From contig JANXCY010000012.1 of the NCBI GenBank assembly GCA_025060135.1, forward strand, positions 4,224 to 68,223: 64,000 nt of DNA, in the 5' to 3' direction. The position numbers and the translations under genes were made by a program. The stretch is from Anaerolineae bacterium. GTDB taxonomy: Bacteria > Chloroflexota > Anaerolineae > B4-G1 > DUEL01. This document shows, piece after piece, positions 26,907-37,641 of the stretch; the stretch's first letter is position 1, and every line of letters starts with the position of its first letter. The notes beneath the pieces were generated by a model. The model was not told the origin of the DNA, made no database searches, and saw only the letters and a list, made by a program, of their open reading frames with translations.

Positions 26907-28559
26907 ATGAGCGACCTCCGCATCATCCCCTTGGGCGGACTGGGGGAAGTCGGCAAAAATATGATGGCCGTGGAATACGGCCAGGACATCCTGGTCGTAG
27001 ATGCCGGTCTGATGTTCCCCGAATGGGATATGTACGGGGTGGATTTCATTATCCCGGACTACGGTTACCTGCGGGATAAGAAAGCCCGTGTGCGGGCCGT
27101 CTTCGTTACCCATGGCCACGAGGACCACATTGGAGCCCTGCCCTTCTTCCTGCGGGAATTCCCCGTCCCTGTCTACGCCACCCGGCTGACCTGCGGCCTG
27201 ATTGAGGTCAAACTCCGTCAGGCTCACCTTGGGCAGGAGATCGACCTGCACATCTGCGCGCCGGGCGACGTCCTACAGATTGGCCCCTTCCAGATCGAAC
27301 CGTTCCACGTTTGCCACTCCATCCCCGACACGGTGGGGCTGGGCATTACCACTCCGGCTGGCCTCATCGTCCACTCCGGAGACTTCAAGTTTGACCACAC
27401 TCCCGTGGATGGCCGGCCGACGGATTTCGCCAAACTGGCCGAATTTGCCGGGCGGGGCGTCCTGGTCCTGCTGGCCGACAGCACCAACGCCACCGAACCT
27501 GGTACCACTCCTTCTGAGCAGGTGGTTACCCAGGCCCTGGACGAGGTGATGCGGAAGGCCCCGGGACGGGTCATCATCGCCACCTTCGCCTCCCTGATTT
27601 CCCGGATTCAGCAGGCGATAGATGTGGCTGCCCGCTACGGGCGCCGGGTCGCCATCGCGGGCGCGACGATGGCGGAAAACGTCAAAATGGCCATCCGCCT
27701 GGGCTACCTGCGGATCCCGGAAGGAATGCTGGTCGGCCTGGGGGAGGCCGAATCGCTCCCCCCGTCCCGCTGCCTGATCCTGGCCACTGGCGCGCAGGGC
27801 GAACCGACCGCCGTCCTGAGTCGCCTGGCCTTGGGGCAACACCCCTCCCTGCGGGTCCAGCCTGGCGACACGGTCGTCCTTTCCTCCCACACCATCCCCG
27901 GCAACGAGGAAATGATTCATCGGGTCATCAACCGCCTGTTCCAGAAAGGGGCCGACGTGGTTTACCACCCCCTGGCTCCCGTCCATGTCTCCGGGCACGC
28001 CAGCCAGGAGGAACAGAAACTCCTGCTGAACATTCTGCGCCCCCGCAACTTCGTTCCCATCCACGGCGAACTCCGCCACCTGAAACAGCACGCCAAACTG
28101 GCCATAGAACTGGGCATCCCCCAGGAACGCATCGCCGTGGTGGAGAACGGGTACGTGCTCTACTTTGAGGACGATGCGATTCGGATCGGCGAGCGGGTGC
28201 CGGGGGGGTACGTCTTCGTGGACGGCTCGTGGGTGGGGAACGCGGTGGGGCCGGCGGTCATCCGGGACCGGGAATCGCTGGCGATGGCCGGGGTGTGCGT
28301 GGTCGTCTTCCGGTATAGCCCCCAGCGCGGCGCACTGCTGGGGACCCCTCGGCTGACCGTGCGGGGCTTCGCCGCCCGCGACGTAGTGGAAGAACTCATC
28401 GCCGAAGCCACAGAAGTGGTCAGCCGCACCCTTCAGGAAGCCCGCCCAGGCACTCCTTCCGCTACAGTGGAACGACAGGTTCAATCCGCCCTCTCCGAAT
28501 TCTTCTATCAGCAGACCAAAAACCGGCCCGAAGTGATGGTGATTGCGGTGGAGGAATAG
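26907..28559 (+). CDS. rnj: ribonuclease J
   Basis: 550 aa with metallo-beta-lactamase plus beta-CASP domains. HGHEDHIGALP motif and the IIPLGGLGEVGKNM N-terminus. Confidence 0.93.
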   Translation: MSDLRIIPLGGLGEVGKNMMAVEYGQDILVVDAGLMFPEWDMYGVDFIIPDYGYLRDKKARVRAVFVTHGHEDHIGALPFFLREFPVPVYATRLTCGLIEVKLRQAHLGQEIDLHICAPGDVLQIGPFQIEPFHVCHSIPDTVGLGITTPAGLIVHSGDFKFDHTPVDGRPTDFAKLAEFAGRGVLVLLADSTNATEPGTTPSEQVVTQALDEVMRKAPGRVIIATFASLISRIQQAIDVAARYGRRVAIAGATMAENVKMAIRLGYLRIPEGMLVGLGEAESLPPSRCLILATGAQGEPTAVLSRLALGQHPSLRVQPGDTVVLSSHTIPGNEEMIHRVINRLFQKGADVVYHPLAPVHVSGHASQEEQKLLLNILRPRNFVPIHGELRHLKQHAKLAIELGIPQERIAVVENGYVLYFEDDAIRIGERVPGGYVFVDGSWVGNAVGPAVIRDRESLAMAGVCVVVFRYSPQRGALLGTPRLTVRGFAARDVVEELIAEATEVVSRTLQEARPGTPSATVERQVQSALSEFFYQQTKNRPEVMVIAVEE

Positions 28560-28611
28560 GGCGCAGTCGGTATTCCGTCGTCCGTATAACGTCTTTCAGT
28601 TCCCTACGAGA

Positions 28612-29880
28612 ATGCGACGCAAAATGGACGGAGAACAGTCTCCCCGAGAAGAAGACCCCCGAAAAACCCGCATCCTGATCGCTTATAAAGAGTTCCCGGC
28701 CCCTTCGGTCGGACATGCAGGTGGCCAGGGAGTCTTCCGCCTCATCCAGGCCCTCCACCGGCGGGGCCACTCCGTGGTACTGGTTGCCCGGCTGCGACGG
28801 GAAGAGGCCCCTCTGGTGGAAGCGACCCGTCCCTTCTGCGAACGCATCATTACCGTCCCTCACCACCAGGCTCTCGGTGGACCGCTCCCTCTGCGGATCG
28901 CGCGCAGTTACCTGGCTCTGCGGCGGGCCGTGGCACGCATCCTCCAGGAGACCCGACCGGACCTGATGCTGGTGGAGTTCACCCAGACCGCCTTGGTCCT
29001 GCTGGGTATCCGTCGCCCTTTCACCGCGCTCCGGCCCCACGACGTGAACTGGTTCCTGATGGAACAGCGGGCACAATATCAGCGGGGGCTGCGGCGATGG
29101 GGAACGCTGGCCTTGGCCTGGCTCTTGGGGCGACTGGAACCTGGCCTCCTGCGGCGCTACGATCAGATTCTGGCCATCTCCGAGGGCGACCGGCGGCTGC
29201 TGACCCTGCGCTGTCGCCCCACCCCCATCCTGTTGCTCCCGCTGGCACCCACGCTTTCCGTTGGGGCTCCCTCCCACCCCGCTGTCCCCCCTGGGGCGAA
29301 CGTCCTCTTCGTCGGAGCCATGTACCGGGGACCGAACATAGAGGCGGTGAACTGGTTCCTGAGCCAGGTCTGGCCAAAGGTGGCAGCAGAGGTGCCGGAG
29401 GCCCGCTTCTATGCGGTGGGGTATGCGCCGCCGCCGCACATCCTGGCCCATGCCGACGGCGAACGGATATTCGTTACCGGCTACGCGGACGACCTGACCC
29501 CCTGGTATCAGGCCGCGACGGTCTTCGTCTCTCCGGTGCGGGTGGCGGGAGGGTTGCTGCAAAAAGTGCTGGACGCGCTGGCCATGGGAGTGCCGGTGGT
29601 GGCGACGTCGGTGAGCAATCACGGGATCGGGGCCAGCCCGGGCCGCCATCTGCTCATCGCCGACGAGCCCGAAGCGTTCGCCGCGGCTGTCGTGCAGTTA
29701 CTGCGGGACCCGGACCTGCGCACGCAACTGGGACGAGCCGGACAGGAGTTCGTCCGGACCCGCTACAATCTGGATGAAGCCCTGAACCGCTGGGAGGCCA
29801 CCTGGAAAGACCGACCCACACGGCAGAGCCGACCCGACCTCCGCCTGTCCCGACTCCAAGCCCGGCAGCAGAAGGGATAA
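28612..29880 (+). CDS. glycosyltransferase family 4 (GT-B, retaining)
   Basis: The C-terminal GT1/GT4 domain carries the EX7E-like region (..PVRVAGGLLQKVLDALAMGVPVVAT..). Start set at MRRKMDG to avoid overlap with rnj. The alternative start MDGEQ at 28624 is equally plausible. Confidence 0.75.
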   Translation: MRRKMDGEQSPREEDPRKTRILIAYKEFPAPSVGHAGGQGVFRLIQALHRRGHSVVLVARLRREEAPLVEATRPFCERIITVPHHQALGGPLPLRIARSYLALRRAVARILQETRPDLMLVEFTQTALVLLGIRRPFTALRPHDVNWFLMEQRAQYQRGLRRWGTLALAWLLGRLEPGLLRRYDQILAISEGDRRLLTLRCRPTPILLLPLAPTLSVGAPSHPAVPPGANVLFVGAMYRGPNIEAVNWFLSQVWPKVAAEVPEARFYAVGYAPPPHILAHADGERIFVTGYADDLTPWYQAATVFVSPVRVAGGLLQKVLDALAMGVPVVATSVSNHGIGASPGRHLLIADEPEAFAAAVVQLLRDPDLRTQLGRAGQEFVRTRYNLDEALNRWEATWKDRPTRQSRPDLRLSRLQARQQKG

Positions 29881-30128
29881 ATCTTTTTGGCACCCCGGAA
29901 GCCGTAGCCCGTACCGGTCTGTACCTCTTCTGGAATCGTTGGCTCCAGTCCGGCATTCCATCCAACAGTGCTACCGGACGGGCTGGTCCGACCAGGTTAC
30001 CCCCGGACCCTGAAATGGCTGTCCTGGCGATAACGGACCGGCGGCGCCGTATGCCCATCCCACCCTGGATCCGCTTGCCAGGACTCTCCGTTGGCGGCTA
30101 AACGGACACGAAACCCGGAGTACGAAAG

Positions 30129-31010
30129 ATGACCGAAATCATCCTGACCCCGCAGGACCGAGAGGCCCTGCTGGCTTACCAGCGGGCTGAGTTGACCGAA
30201 TACCATATTTACACCCGGCTGGCGCGGACGGTGCGATCGCCGGAGAACCGGGCTGTCTTGGAGCGCATCGCGGCCGACGAACTGCGCCATTCTCGCTACT
30301 GGAGCCGCATCACCGGCCAGGAGGTCCATCCCGACCGGCTCAAAATCTGGTTTTACACGCTGACCGGACGGGTCCTGGGCATCACCTTCGCGGTCAAATT
30401 GATGGAGCGAGGGGAGGAAGGGGCGCAGGACAACTACGCCCGGATGGAAGGCGTGGTCCCTGACGTTGGGGCCATTGCGCGAGAGGAGAAAGCGCACGAG
30501 GAGGCCCTGCTGGCCATGCTGGACGAGGAGCGGCTCCGGTACACCGGCTCCATCGTCCTGGGGCTGAACGACGCACTGGTGGAATTGACGGGCGCGCTGG
30601 CGGGATTGACCTTCGCGTTGCAGAACACCCAACTGGTAGCGATGACCGGGGCTATCACCGGTATCGCCGCCGCCCTCTCCATGGGAGCGTCGGAGTATCT
30701 CTCCACGAAGGCGGAGGAAGACAGGCGAGACCCGCTGCGGGCGTCTCTCTACACGGGCATTGCCTATATCTTCACTGTTCTGGCCTTGGTCCTGCCGTAT
30801 CTATTGCTGAAAAACCCGTACCTCTGCCTGACGACCACACTGGCGGTGGCAGTCGTCATTATCGCTTTTTTCAACTACTACATCTCGGTGGCCCGCGACC
30901 TGCCCTTCCGACAGCGGTTTCTGGAGATGGCCGGGTTGAGCCTGGCGGTGGCAGTGGTCAGTTTCGGCATCGGCATCCTGATGCGGACAGTGTTCGGTGT
31001 GGAATTATAG
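30129..31010 (+). CDS. ferritin-like (rubrerythrin/ERfold) domain fused to a VIT1/CCC1-family iron/manganese transporter
   Basis: The N-terminal region of about 140 aa has paired E..H-type diiron motifs (ELTEYHIY.., EEKAHEEAL). The C-terminal region has the VIT family TM region (GLNDALVELTGALAGL, GASEYLSTKAE). Confidence 0.8.
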   Translation: MTEIILTPQDREALLAYQRAELTEYHIYTRLARTVRSPENRAVLERIAADELRHSRYWSRITGQEVHPDRLKIWFYTLTGRVLGITFAVKLMERGEEGAQDNYARMEGVVPDVGAIAREEKAHEEALLAMLDEERLRYTGSIVLGLNDALVELTGALAGLTFALQNTQLVAMTGAITGIAAALSMGASEYLSTKAEEDRRDPLRASLYTGIAYIFTVLALVLPYLLLKNPYLCLTTTLAVAVVIIAFFNYYISVARDLPFRQRFLEMAGLSLAVAVVSFGIGILMRTVFGVEL

Positions 31011-31151
31011 AACGGGGCGGGAGCCTTATCTCTCCGCGCTGGATCAACACTGAGTCTACTGCAAAAGCCCATTTCACCGCCGAGACGCAACGATGGTCAA
31101 ACGCTGGGCCCTCGGCGTCTTGTCTTTGTGGTGCGTTTGGGGCAGTGTCTT

Positions 31152-32240
31152 CTACAGAATCAGCATAGCGTCTCCGAAACTGTAAAACCGGTAACGGAGG
31201 CGGACCGCTTCCGCGTAGGCCCGGTCCATTAACTCCTTGCCGCAGAAAGCCGCCACCAACAGGAGCAGGGTGGATCGGGGCAGGTGAAAGTTGGTAATCA
31301 GCGCGTCCACAACCCGGAAGTGAAAGCCCGGGTAAATGAAGAGTTCGGTCAAACCCTCATAGGGAATCACTACCGGCCCGGCGCCGGATTCGGTATCGGC
31401 GCGCCCGCCCACTGCAGCCAGTGCGGCCGTCTCCAGCACCCGCACCGATGTGGTGCCTACGGCGATGACCCGTCGCCCTTCCTCCTTAGCCCGGTTGATC
31501 CGTTCCGCCGCCTCTGGCGGTAGACGGCAGAATTCGGCGTGCATCCGATGTTCCTCCGGTCGCTCCTCTTCCACTGGGCGGAAGGTATCCAGCCCGATAT
31601 GGAGCGTAACGAAGACCGATTCCACCCCCATCTCCTGAAGCCGCCAGAGGAGTTCGGGGGTGAAATGCAAACCCGCCGTTGGTGCGGCAGCGGACCCGGG
31701 GGTGCGGGCATAGACAGTCTGGTATCGCTCTGGGTCCGTCAGTGGCTGGTGGATGTACGGCGGAAGTGGAGTCTGCCCGACGGCTTCGGCCAGGGTCAGC
31801 GCCGGGCGGTCAAAGGCCAGCACTCGCAACCCGCGCTCTCCTTCCTCCAGGACTTCTGCCCCGGCTCCGGTCGGGATGCCCTCCGGGCCGTCCAGCACCT
31901 CCAGATGTCCCCCCACGCGCACCCCCCGACCCCGTACCAGTACCTCCCAAACCGTCTCCGAGCGCGGACGCAGGAGAAGGACTTCCACCCGTCCGCCCGT
32001 CGGCTTGCGGGCCCACAAGCGCGCTGGAATGACCCGACTCTCGTTATAGACCAGTAGGTCTCCCGGACGAAGCAACTCCGGCAGATCGCGGAAAACATGG
32101 TGGGAAATGGTCCCCGCGGCGCGGTTCACGACCATCAGCCGGGACGCGTCCCGGGGCTCCACCGGCTCCTGAGCAATCAAGTCCGGTGGCAGGTCGTATT
32201 CAAAATCGCTCATCCGGAGATCGGTGCTCTTTGCTTCCAT
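31152..32240 (-). CDS. queA: S-adenosylmethionine:tRNA ribosyltransferase-isomerase
   Basis: MSDFEYDLPPDLIAQEPVEPRDASRLMVV with the downstream QueA core. Start set at MEAKSTDLR, the first in-frame ATG that does not overlap the upstream gene. Confidence 0.9.
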   Translation of the reverse strand: MEAKSTDLRMSDFEYDLPPDLIAQEPVEPRDASRLMVVNRAAGTISHHVFRDLPELLRPGDLLVYNESRVIPARLWARKPTGGRVEVLLLRPRSETVWEVLVRGRGVRVGGHLEVLDGPEGIPTGAGAEVLEEGERGLRVLAFDRPALTLAEAVGQTPLPPYIHQPLTDPERYQTVYARTPGSAAAPTAGLHFTPELLWRLQEMGVESVFVTLHIGLDTFRPVEEERPEEHRMHAEFCRLPPEAAERINRAKEEGRRVIAVGTTSVRVLETAALAAVGGRADTESGAGPVVIPYEGLTELFIYPGFHFRVVDALITNFHLPRSTLLLLVAAFCGKELMDRAYAEAVRLRYRFYSFGDAMLIL

Positions 32241-32242
32241 CT

Positions 32243-32608
32243 TCAGTCCGGAGTCCCTCTGTCGGGTTCCGTTTCGGGCCGGCTGATCCCCATCCAGAGA
32301 GCGGCAATCAGGCATCCCCAGCCGATGAAGTACTGGAATCCCCAGCAACAGGCGAGGCTACTGCCGAGCCAGGGTAAGAAGCGGAGGACAGACACCTGGC
32401 GAGCGATGGGGGACAGGATATACACCTGCACAGCCTGGGTGGCATCTCCCAGGACCAGCAACGCGAAACCGACCGTCGCGAGAATCGGTGCTTTCCCCTG
32501 ATAACGCGCCAGAAGGAGAACAGCGACGACCAGCCCCGCCAGATGGGCCAGAATTAGCAGAATACGGATTAGGGTGTGAATCCAAACGGGCGCCATAACC
32601 CTCCTCAT
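32243..32608 (-). CDS. small hypothetical membrane protein (121 aa, 3-4 TM)
   Basis: Hydrophobic ORF that ends 2 nt before the queA start. No known motif. Confidence 0.45.
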   Translation of the reverse strand: MRRVMAPVWIHTLIRILLILAHLAGLVVAVLLLARYQGKAPILATVGFALLVLGDATQAVQVYILSPIARQVSVLRFLPWLGSSLACCWGFQYFIGWGCLIAALWMGISRPETEPDRGTPD

Positions 32609-32638
32609 TCCGGCAGCCGATGGGTGTCTTTGTCCTCC

Positions 32639-35476
32639 TCATTTCTGGAGCCACTCCGCAGCGGCGGAGGGGAGACGGGCCAGCGGGCCACGACGGATGG
32701 TGGGGCCCGGCAGGGAATCCAGGAACAGGCGGCCATAGGAGCGGGTGAGCAGGCGGCGGTCAAAGACGGCCACCACGCCGCGATCGGTGCGGGTGCGGAT
32801 GAGCCGCCCGAAGCCCTGCAGGAAACTCAGAATAGCCTCCGGGACCGCGTACTGAGTGAAGGGTTCGTCAAAGGTCTCCGAGCGGGCCGCGAAGATGGGG
32901 TCGCTGGGGACGTTGAATGGGAGTTTGGCGATGGCCAGGCAACTGAGCGCCTCGCCGGGGACGTCTATCCCTTCCCAGAAACTGCGGGTGCCCAGGAGGA
33001 CGGCCCGTTCGGTGGTGCGGAAGTTTTCCAGCAACTGGGTGCGGGAAAGGCCCTGTCCCTGGGCAAAGACGACGATGTCCGATTGGGCCAGCGGGGCCGT
33101 GATGGCCCGGGCGGTGGCCCGCAACTGGCTGTGGGAGGTGAAAAGTGCCAGTGCCCGGCCCTGAGTCGCCCGGAAGAGGGCCACCATGCCCTGCTCCACC
33201 GCCCGCTGATAGCCCGGCTGGCCCGGCTCCGGGATGTCCTCCACCAGGTAGACCAGGGTGGAGGAGGCATAGTCAAAGGGAGAGTCCACCGCCAATTCTT
33301 CGGCATCCCAGGCGTGGAACCGCTCCCGCAGAAAGTCAAAACTGCCGCCCGCGCGCAGGGTGGCGGAGGTGAGGATGACCGTCTCTTTTTTATTGAAAAT
33401 GTGCTCCCGCAGGAGAGGGCCCACGTGGAGCGGCGCGGCGTGGACGGAGACGGGAATCTGCCCGGGGCCGACCTCGGCCCAGTAGATGGTCTGGGGGTCG
33501 GGTTTGCCCATGAAGCCGCTCATCCGGTCGTGAATCTCGCCCAGGGTCCGGGCCAGGCCCGTCAGCGAAGTGTAGAGGTCGTCCGTGTTCTTCAGGCCCA
33601 TGGTGGAGAGGTCCTCCAGCGCGCCGGCCAGTTTCTGAAGGCCTTCAGCGACGGCTTTCAGAGGGACGGCGGCGTCGTCCCAGGCCATTTCCACCGCGCT
33701 CCAGCCGGGTTGGGCCCGCTGGGCAGGGGTGATGCGCAGGGTGCGGGCATACGCATTGTCGCTCTCTTCCTCCCGCGCCTCTTCCATGAACTGCTCCAAC
33801 TGGTCAAAGAAGGCGTCGGCGGCAAAGATGGCCCGCGTCACCGCATGGGCGACCTGTCGGGCAAAATCTTCTACTTTCTGGAGGACGGACCGGTCCAGGC
33901 GGGCCGCGCGACAGCGGGAGAGGACTTCGCCCAGGAGGCCCGAGAGGGGCTGAGCCGCGCCCTCGCGGGGATGGCCGACCTCTTCCAGCAGGCGGCGGAG
34001 GGTCTTGCGGTCGGTGGAGAAGGAGAGGCCGCTGGTTGTGGCCGCTTCCAGGTGGTGGGCCTCATCCACAATGAGGTGGCGGTACTCGGGGAGGACCCGG
34101 CTTCCCACCGCGACGTCCGCCAGGAGGAGGGCATGGTTGACGATGACCAGATGGGCCGCCTCCGCCGCCTCCCGCGCGCGGTAAAAGAAACAGTCCCGCC
34201 GGTAGAAGAAGCGGCATCGCTCCGGGTCGCACCCGTCAAACTCCGCTGAGAGGTTCTGCCAGATGGCCCGCTCGGTAGGGGTGGGGAGGAAGAGACTGTC
34301 GCCGTCGCCGTCTATGGTGTTGGGGAGCCAGATGAGCACCCGGGCCAGGACGTCCATTTCCTCCGGGGAGGAGGGGCCGACCTGCCGGAGCGCGGCCAGG
34401 CGGGCCGGGCAGAGGTAGTGGGACCGGCCCTTCAGCACTGCCGCGCGGAAGTCCAGGCCCAGGACGCGCTTCAGGTCGGGCAGGTCTTTGCGGTAGAGTT
34501 GCTCCTGGAGGTTGATGGTGTTGGTGGAGACCACCACCCGTTCGGAGTTCTGGACGGCCCAGTGGAGGGCGGGGATCAGGTAGGCCATGGACTTGCCGAC
34601 GCCGGTGGGGGCTTCCACAATGAGTTGGCGGCCCTCGTTGAAGGCCCGCGCGACGGCCCGGAGCATCTCCACCTGCTGGGGACGGTGCTCGTAGTTGGGG
34701 AAACGGCGGGCGAAGAGGCCGTCTTCCTGGAGGAGCGCGGCCAGCCCGTCCGGGTCTATGGGGGTGCGCTGGGGGGCTGGCTCCAGCGGCCCCGCCTCGG
34801 GCGCGACGGTGAAGAGGGGCGCGCTCTCCGGGCGGCCACGCTTGGCCGCCAGTTGCGCGCCGATAGTGCCGGTGAAGACGCCCTGGGAGACCCGCCGTAG
34901 GACCAGGCGGAAGAATTCGGCCGGAGGCCAGTCCACCCGTTCGCCCAGGCGGACCAGTTCTTCCAGCAGGGAGGGCGGCAGGGCGCAGGCCCGGTCAAAG
35001 AGGGTCAGAAAGAGTTGCTGGACGGTCCGGGCATCGTCCAGCGCGCGGTGGGAGACAGGCGGGGGAAAGCCCAAAAGGCGCGCCAGTTCGCCCAGACTGT
35101 ACCGGCGGGCGTCGGGGGCCAGCAGAGAGGCCAGTTTGAAGGTATCCAGGTACCGGTTGGTCTGGAGGACGCCGTGGCGGCGGAGGAAGGCCAGGTCAAA
35201 ATCCACGCTGTGCCCGACCAGGGTCCGGTCGCCCACGAAGGCCGCCAGGCGGGGGAGGACAGACGCCAGGCGCGGCGCGTCGGCCACGTCCTCATCCCGG
35301 ATGCCGGTGAGGACGGTGATTTCGTGGGGGACGGGTCGGCCCGGATGGACCAGGGTGCTGAACTGGTCCAGCACTTCTTCGCCGCGAAATTTGACGGCGC
35401 CGATCTCTATGATGGTATCGCGCGCCGGGTCGGTGCCCGTCGTCTCCAGGTCCAGAGATACGAAGATCGGGAGCAT
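32639..35476 (-). CDS. dinG: DinG-family ATP-dependent helicase with an N-terminal DnaQ-like 3'-5' exonuclease domain
   Basis: 945 aa. The N-terminus has Exo I/II motifs (VSLDLETTG, HSVDFDLAFL). It is followed by SF2 helicase motifs (EAPTGVGKS, DEAHH) and an Fe-S cysteine cluster region. Confidence 0.9.
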   Translation of the reverse strand: MLPIFVSLDLETTGTDPARDTIIEIGAVKFRGEEVLDQFSTLVHPGRPVPHEITVLTGIRDEDVADAPRLASVLPRLAAFVGDRTLVGHSVDFDLAFLRRHGVLQTNRYLDTFKLASLLAPDARRYSLGELARLLGFPPPVSHRALDDARTVQQLFLTLFDRACALPPSLLEELVRLGERVDWPPAEFFRLVLRRVSQGVFTGTIGAQLAAKRGRPESAPLFTVAPEAGPLEPAPQRTPIDPDGLAALLQEDGLFARRFPNYEHRPQQVEMLRAVARAFNEGRQLIVEAPTGVGKSMAYLIPALHWAVQNSERVVVSTNTINLQEQLYRKDLPDLKRVLGLDFRAAVLKGRSHYLCPARLAALRQVGPSSPEEMDVLARVLIWLPNTIDGDGDSLFLPTPTERAIWQNLSAEFDGCDPERCRFFYRRDCFFYRAREAAEAAHLVIVNHALLLADVAVGSRVLPEYRHLIVDEAHHLEAATTSGLSFSTDRKTLRRLLEEVGHPREGAAQPLSGLLGEVLSRCRAARLDRSVLQKVEDFARQVAHAVTRAIFAADAFFDQLEQFMEEAREEESDNAYARTLRITPAQRAQPGWSAVEMAWDDAAVPLKAVAEGLQKLAGALEDLSTMGLKNTDDLYTSLTGLARTLGEIHDRMSGFMGKPDPQTIYWAEVGPGQIPVSVHAAPLHVGPLLREHIFNKKETVILTSATLRAGGSFDFLRERFHAWDAEELAVDSPFDYASSTLVYLVEDIPEPGQPGYQRAVEQGMVALFRATQGRALALFTSHSQLRATARAITAPLAQSDIVVFAQGQGLSRTQLLENFRTTERAVLLGTRSFWEGIDVPGEALSCLAIAKLPFNVPSDPIFAARSETFDEPFTQYAVPEAILSFLQGFGRLIRTRTDRGVVAVFDRRLLTRSYGRLFLDSLPGPTIRRGPLARLPSAAAEWLQK

Positions 35477-35730
35477 CCGGTACCCTCATGGGGGCTGAAA
35501 ATCAGGAGTTACGCCCTTCCCTCTTGGCGGCTCCATAGCGCAAGTGGTTCACCTGTATCCCAGGCCTGGCGACCAGCGCTACCGAGCAAACTACGCAAAG
35601 CCGGTAATGATGGATAAGTACTGTTGAAGTATACCATTGTCGGTCAAAATTCGCCACCCTTCTGGTTGAGGTTGATGGTTCAAACCTCTTACTGGCTGGA
35701 GTGGATGTCCCCCATCCGGAGTGCCGACAC

Positions 35731-35758
35731 TTGACAAGCCGGGTACCTGGGATACAAT
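35731..35758 (+). promoter_or_regulatory. sigma70 promoter TTGACA-16-TACAAT giving a leader of about 160 nt for the sugar transferase gene
   Basis: cacTTGACAagccgggtacctgggaTACAATttt lies in the 447-nt divergent intergenic region between dinG and the sugar transferase. Confidence 0.4.
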
Positions 35759-35923
35759 TTTAAAACCGCAGGAGTAACCAGAAGTTTGCGCTGAGGCGCT
35801 GGGCCCAAGGGGAGAACCAGGTTTTTACCCTGGGCAACCGGAGCGACCCAGAGACCACCCGGGTCCGCTACCGGCGTGGAACCGCGCTTTTCTCTACCGG
35901 CGGATGGATGCGGAGGGGTGAGG

Positions 35924-37336
35924 ATGAAAAAGCGTCGCGCGCAGGTGTTCTTTATTGGGACTTTGGTGCTGACCGACGCGCTGATGGCCGGAGCGGCCTT
36001 CTACAGCGCCTACTGGCTGCGCGCGCTGGTACCGTTCCCGACGTCGGCGATTACCCTGGCTGCTCCCTCTGCCTACGCGCCGATTATGCTGGCCCACGTT
36101 GCCGCCGTCCTGACGGCCCTGGCCTTCAACCGTCTTTATGTCCTGGCTCGTAGCCCCTCCCGGGTGGACGAATTCTACCAGACTATCGGTGCGGCAACCA
36201 CAGGCACCATCACCGGCATCGCCCTTGCCTACTTTCTGTACAAGAACACCCCTATGGAAGTGGATTACCCCCGGGCGATGATGGTGTACGCCTGGTTTCT
36301 GACCATCGTCCTGGTGACCGTGGGACGGTTGGCACATGGTCGGTTGCGGGCTGCCCTCCAGGCCCGAGGCTGGGGACGGGACCGGGTACTGGTGGTGGGC
36401 ACAGGGGACGTGGCGCGGATGATTCTGCAGAAGATTCTGGGCAACCCCAGCCTGGGCTACCAGGTGGTGGGAGCGGTAGAGGTGGAAGGATACCCGACAG
36501 TCGCTCTTCCGGCCCCGATCCTAGGCCATGCCCGCGATCTGGGCACGCTGATTGAAGAGCACCAGATAGATGAGGTCATCATCGCGCTGCCGGAAGCGAC
36601 CCATCAGGAAATCCTCACCCTGATCTCCGAATGCGAGCGCGGTCGGGTAACCATCAAAGTCTTCCCTGACCTATTCCAGATTATCGCTGGACCGATGGGC
36701 ATCGGCGACCTGGGTGGGCTCCCGCTGCTAACGGTGCGCGAGGTGGCCCTGCGGGGCTGGCGACGGGCCGCCAAGCGGTTGATGGATATCGTCGGGGCAA
36801 CGGTGGGGCTCATTCTCCTTTCCCCCCTTATGCTCCTGACCGCCATTCTCATCAAATTGGATTCCCCCGGTCCGGCCTTCTACGTCCAGGAGCGGATGGG
36901 GCTGGATGCCCGACCGTTCCCCATGCTCAAGTTCCGCTCCATGCGGCAGGACGCGGAAGCCCAGGGCCCGGGCTGGACCCGTCCTGGCGACCCTCGGGTA
37001 ACCCGTCTGGGCAGCATCCTGCGCCGCCTGAACGTGGACGAGTTGCCCCAGTTAATTAACGTTCTCCTGGGAGAGATGAGCCTGGTGGGGCCCCGTCCGG
37101 AGCGGCCCGTCTATGTGGCTCAGTTCCGCCGCTCCATCCCCCGCTACATGGAACGGCACCGGGAGAAGGCCGGAATGACCGGCTGGGCGCAGGTGAACGG
37201 ACTGCGGGGGGATACCTCTATCGCTGAGCGGACCAAGTACGACCTCTGGTACATTGAGAACTGGTCGCTCCTTTTGGACCTCAAGATTCTCCTGCGCACG
37301 CTGGTGAACATCTTCCGCTCCCCCAACGCGTATTAG
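35924..37336 (+). CDS. exopolysaccharide polyprenyl-phosphate glycosyl-1-phosphate transferase (WbaP/EpsL-type sugar transferase)
   Basis: Start at MKKRRAQVFF with a GGAGGGGTGAGG RBS. N-terminal TM helices, a CoA-binding-like middle region and the C-terminal bacterial sugar transferase domain (PGPAFYVQERMG, PRPERP, GMTGWAQVNG). Confidence 0.9.
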   Translation: MKKRRAQVFFIGTLVLTDALMAGAAFYSAYWLRALVPFPTSAITLAAPSAYAPIMLAHVAAVLTALAFNRLYVLARSPSRVDEFYQTIGAATTGTITGIALAYFLYKNTPMEVDYPRAMMVYAWFLTIVLVTVGRLAHGRLRAALQARGWGRDRVLVVGTGDVARMILQKILGNPSLGYQVVGAVEVEGYPTVALPAPILGHARDLGTLIEEHQIDEVIIALPEATHQEILTLISECERGRVTIKVFPDLFQIIAGPMGIGDLGGLPLLTVREVALRGWRRAAKRLMDIVGATVGLILLSPLMLLTAILIKLDSPGPAFYVQERMGLDARPFPMLKFRSMRQDAEAQGPGWTRPGDPRVTRLGSILRRLNVDELPQLINVLLGEMSLVGPRPERPVYVAQFRRSIPRYMERHREKAGMTGWAQVNGLRGDTSIAERTKYDLWYIENWSLLLDLKILLRTLVNIFRSPNAY

Positions 37337-37641
37337 AGCCTCCTTGAAGATTCAGGCCATTGGGGATGTCCAGCCGTGGGGCGCAGGCTGCCCAGCCTGC
37401 CCGATACCGGGGCCCTTCCATGCCGCTAACCTTTGGGACTGGCCAGAGTGCCGCGCAGGCCCCCGACCTGGGAAACACCGCCGAACACCTACCAGCAGAC
37501 CTCTTCAGGTCGCCGTTGGGGTCGCAACCTGCGCTGCGCGAAAAAGCCTTTCGCAACATGGCGAACCGCCTCTGTCCCCCATAGCCATGCGCTGATCCCC
37601 CAGCGGGAGGCGGGGGACGCTATTCCCATCCATTCGGGAGA

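Noticed and set aside
27273-28484. 403-aa minus-strand ORF inside rnj
   Set aside because: It is antisense to RNase J. Gly/Asp/His-rich with no domain.
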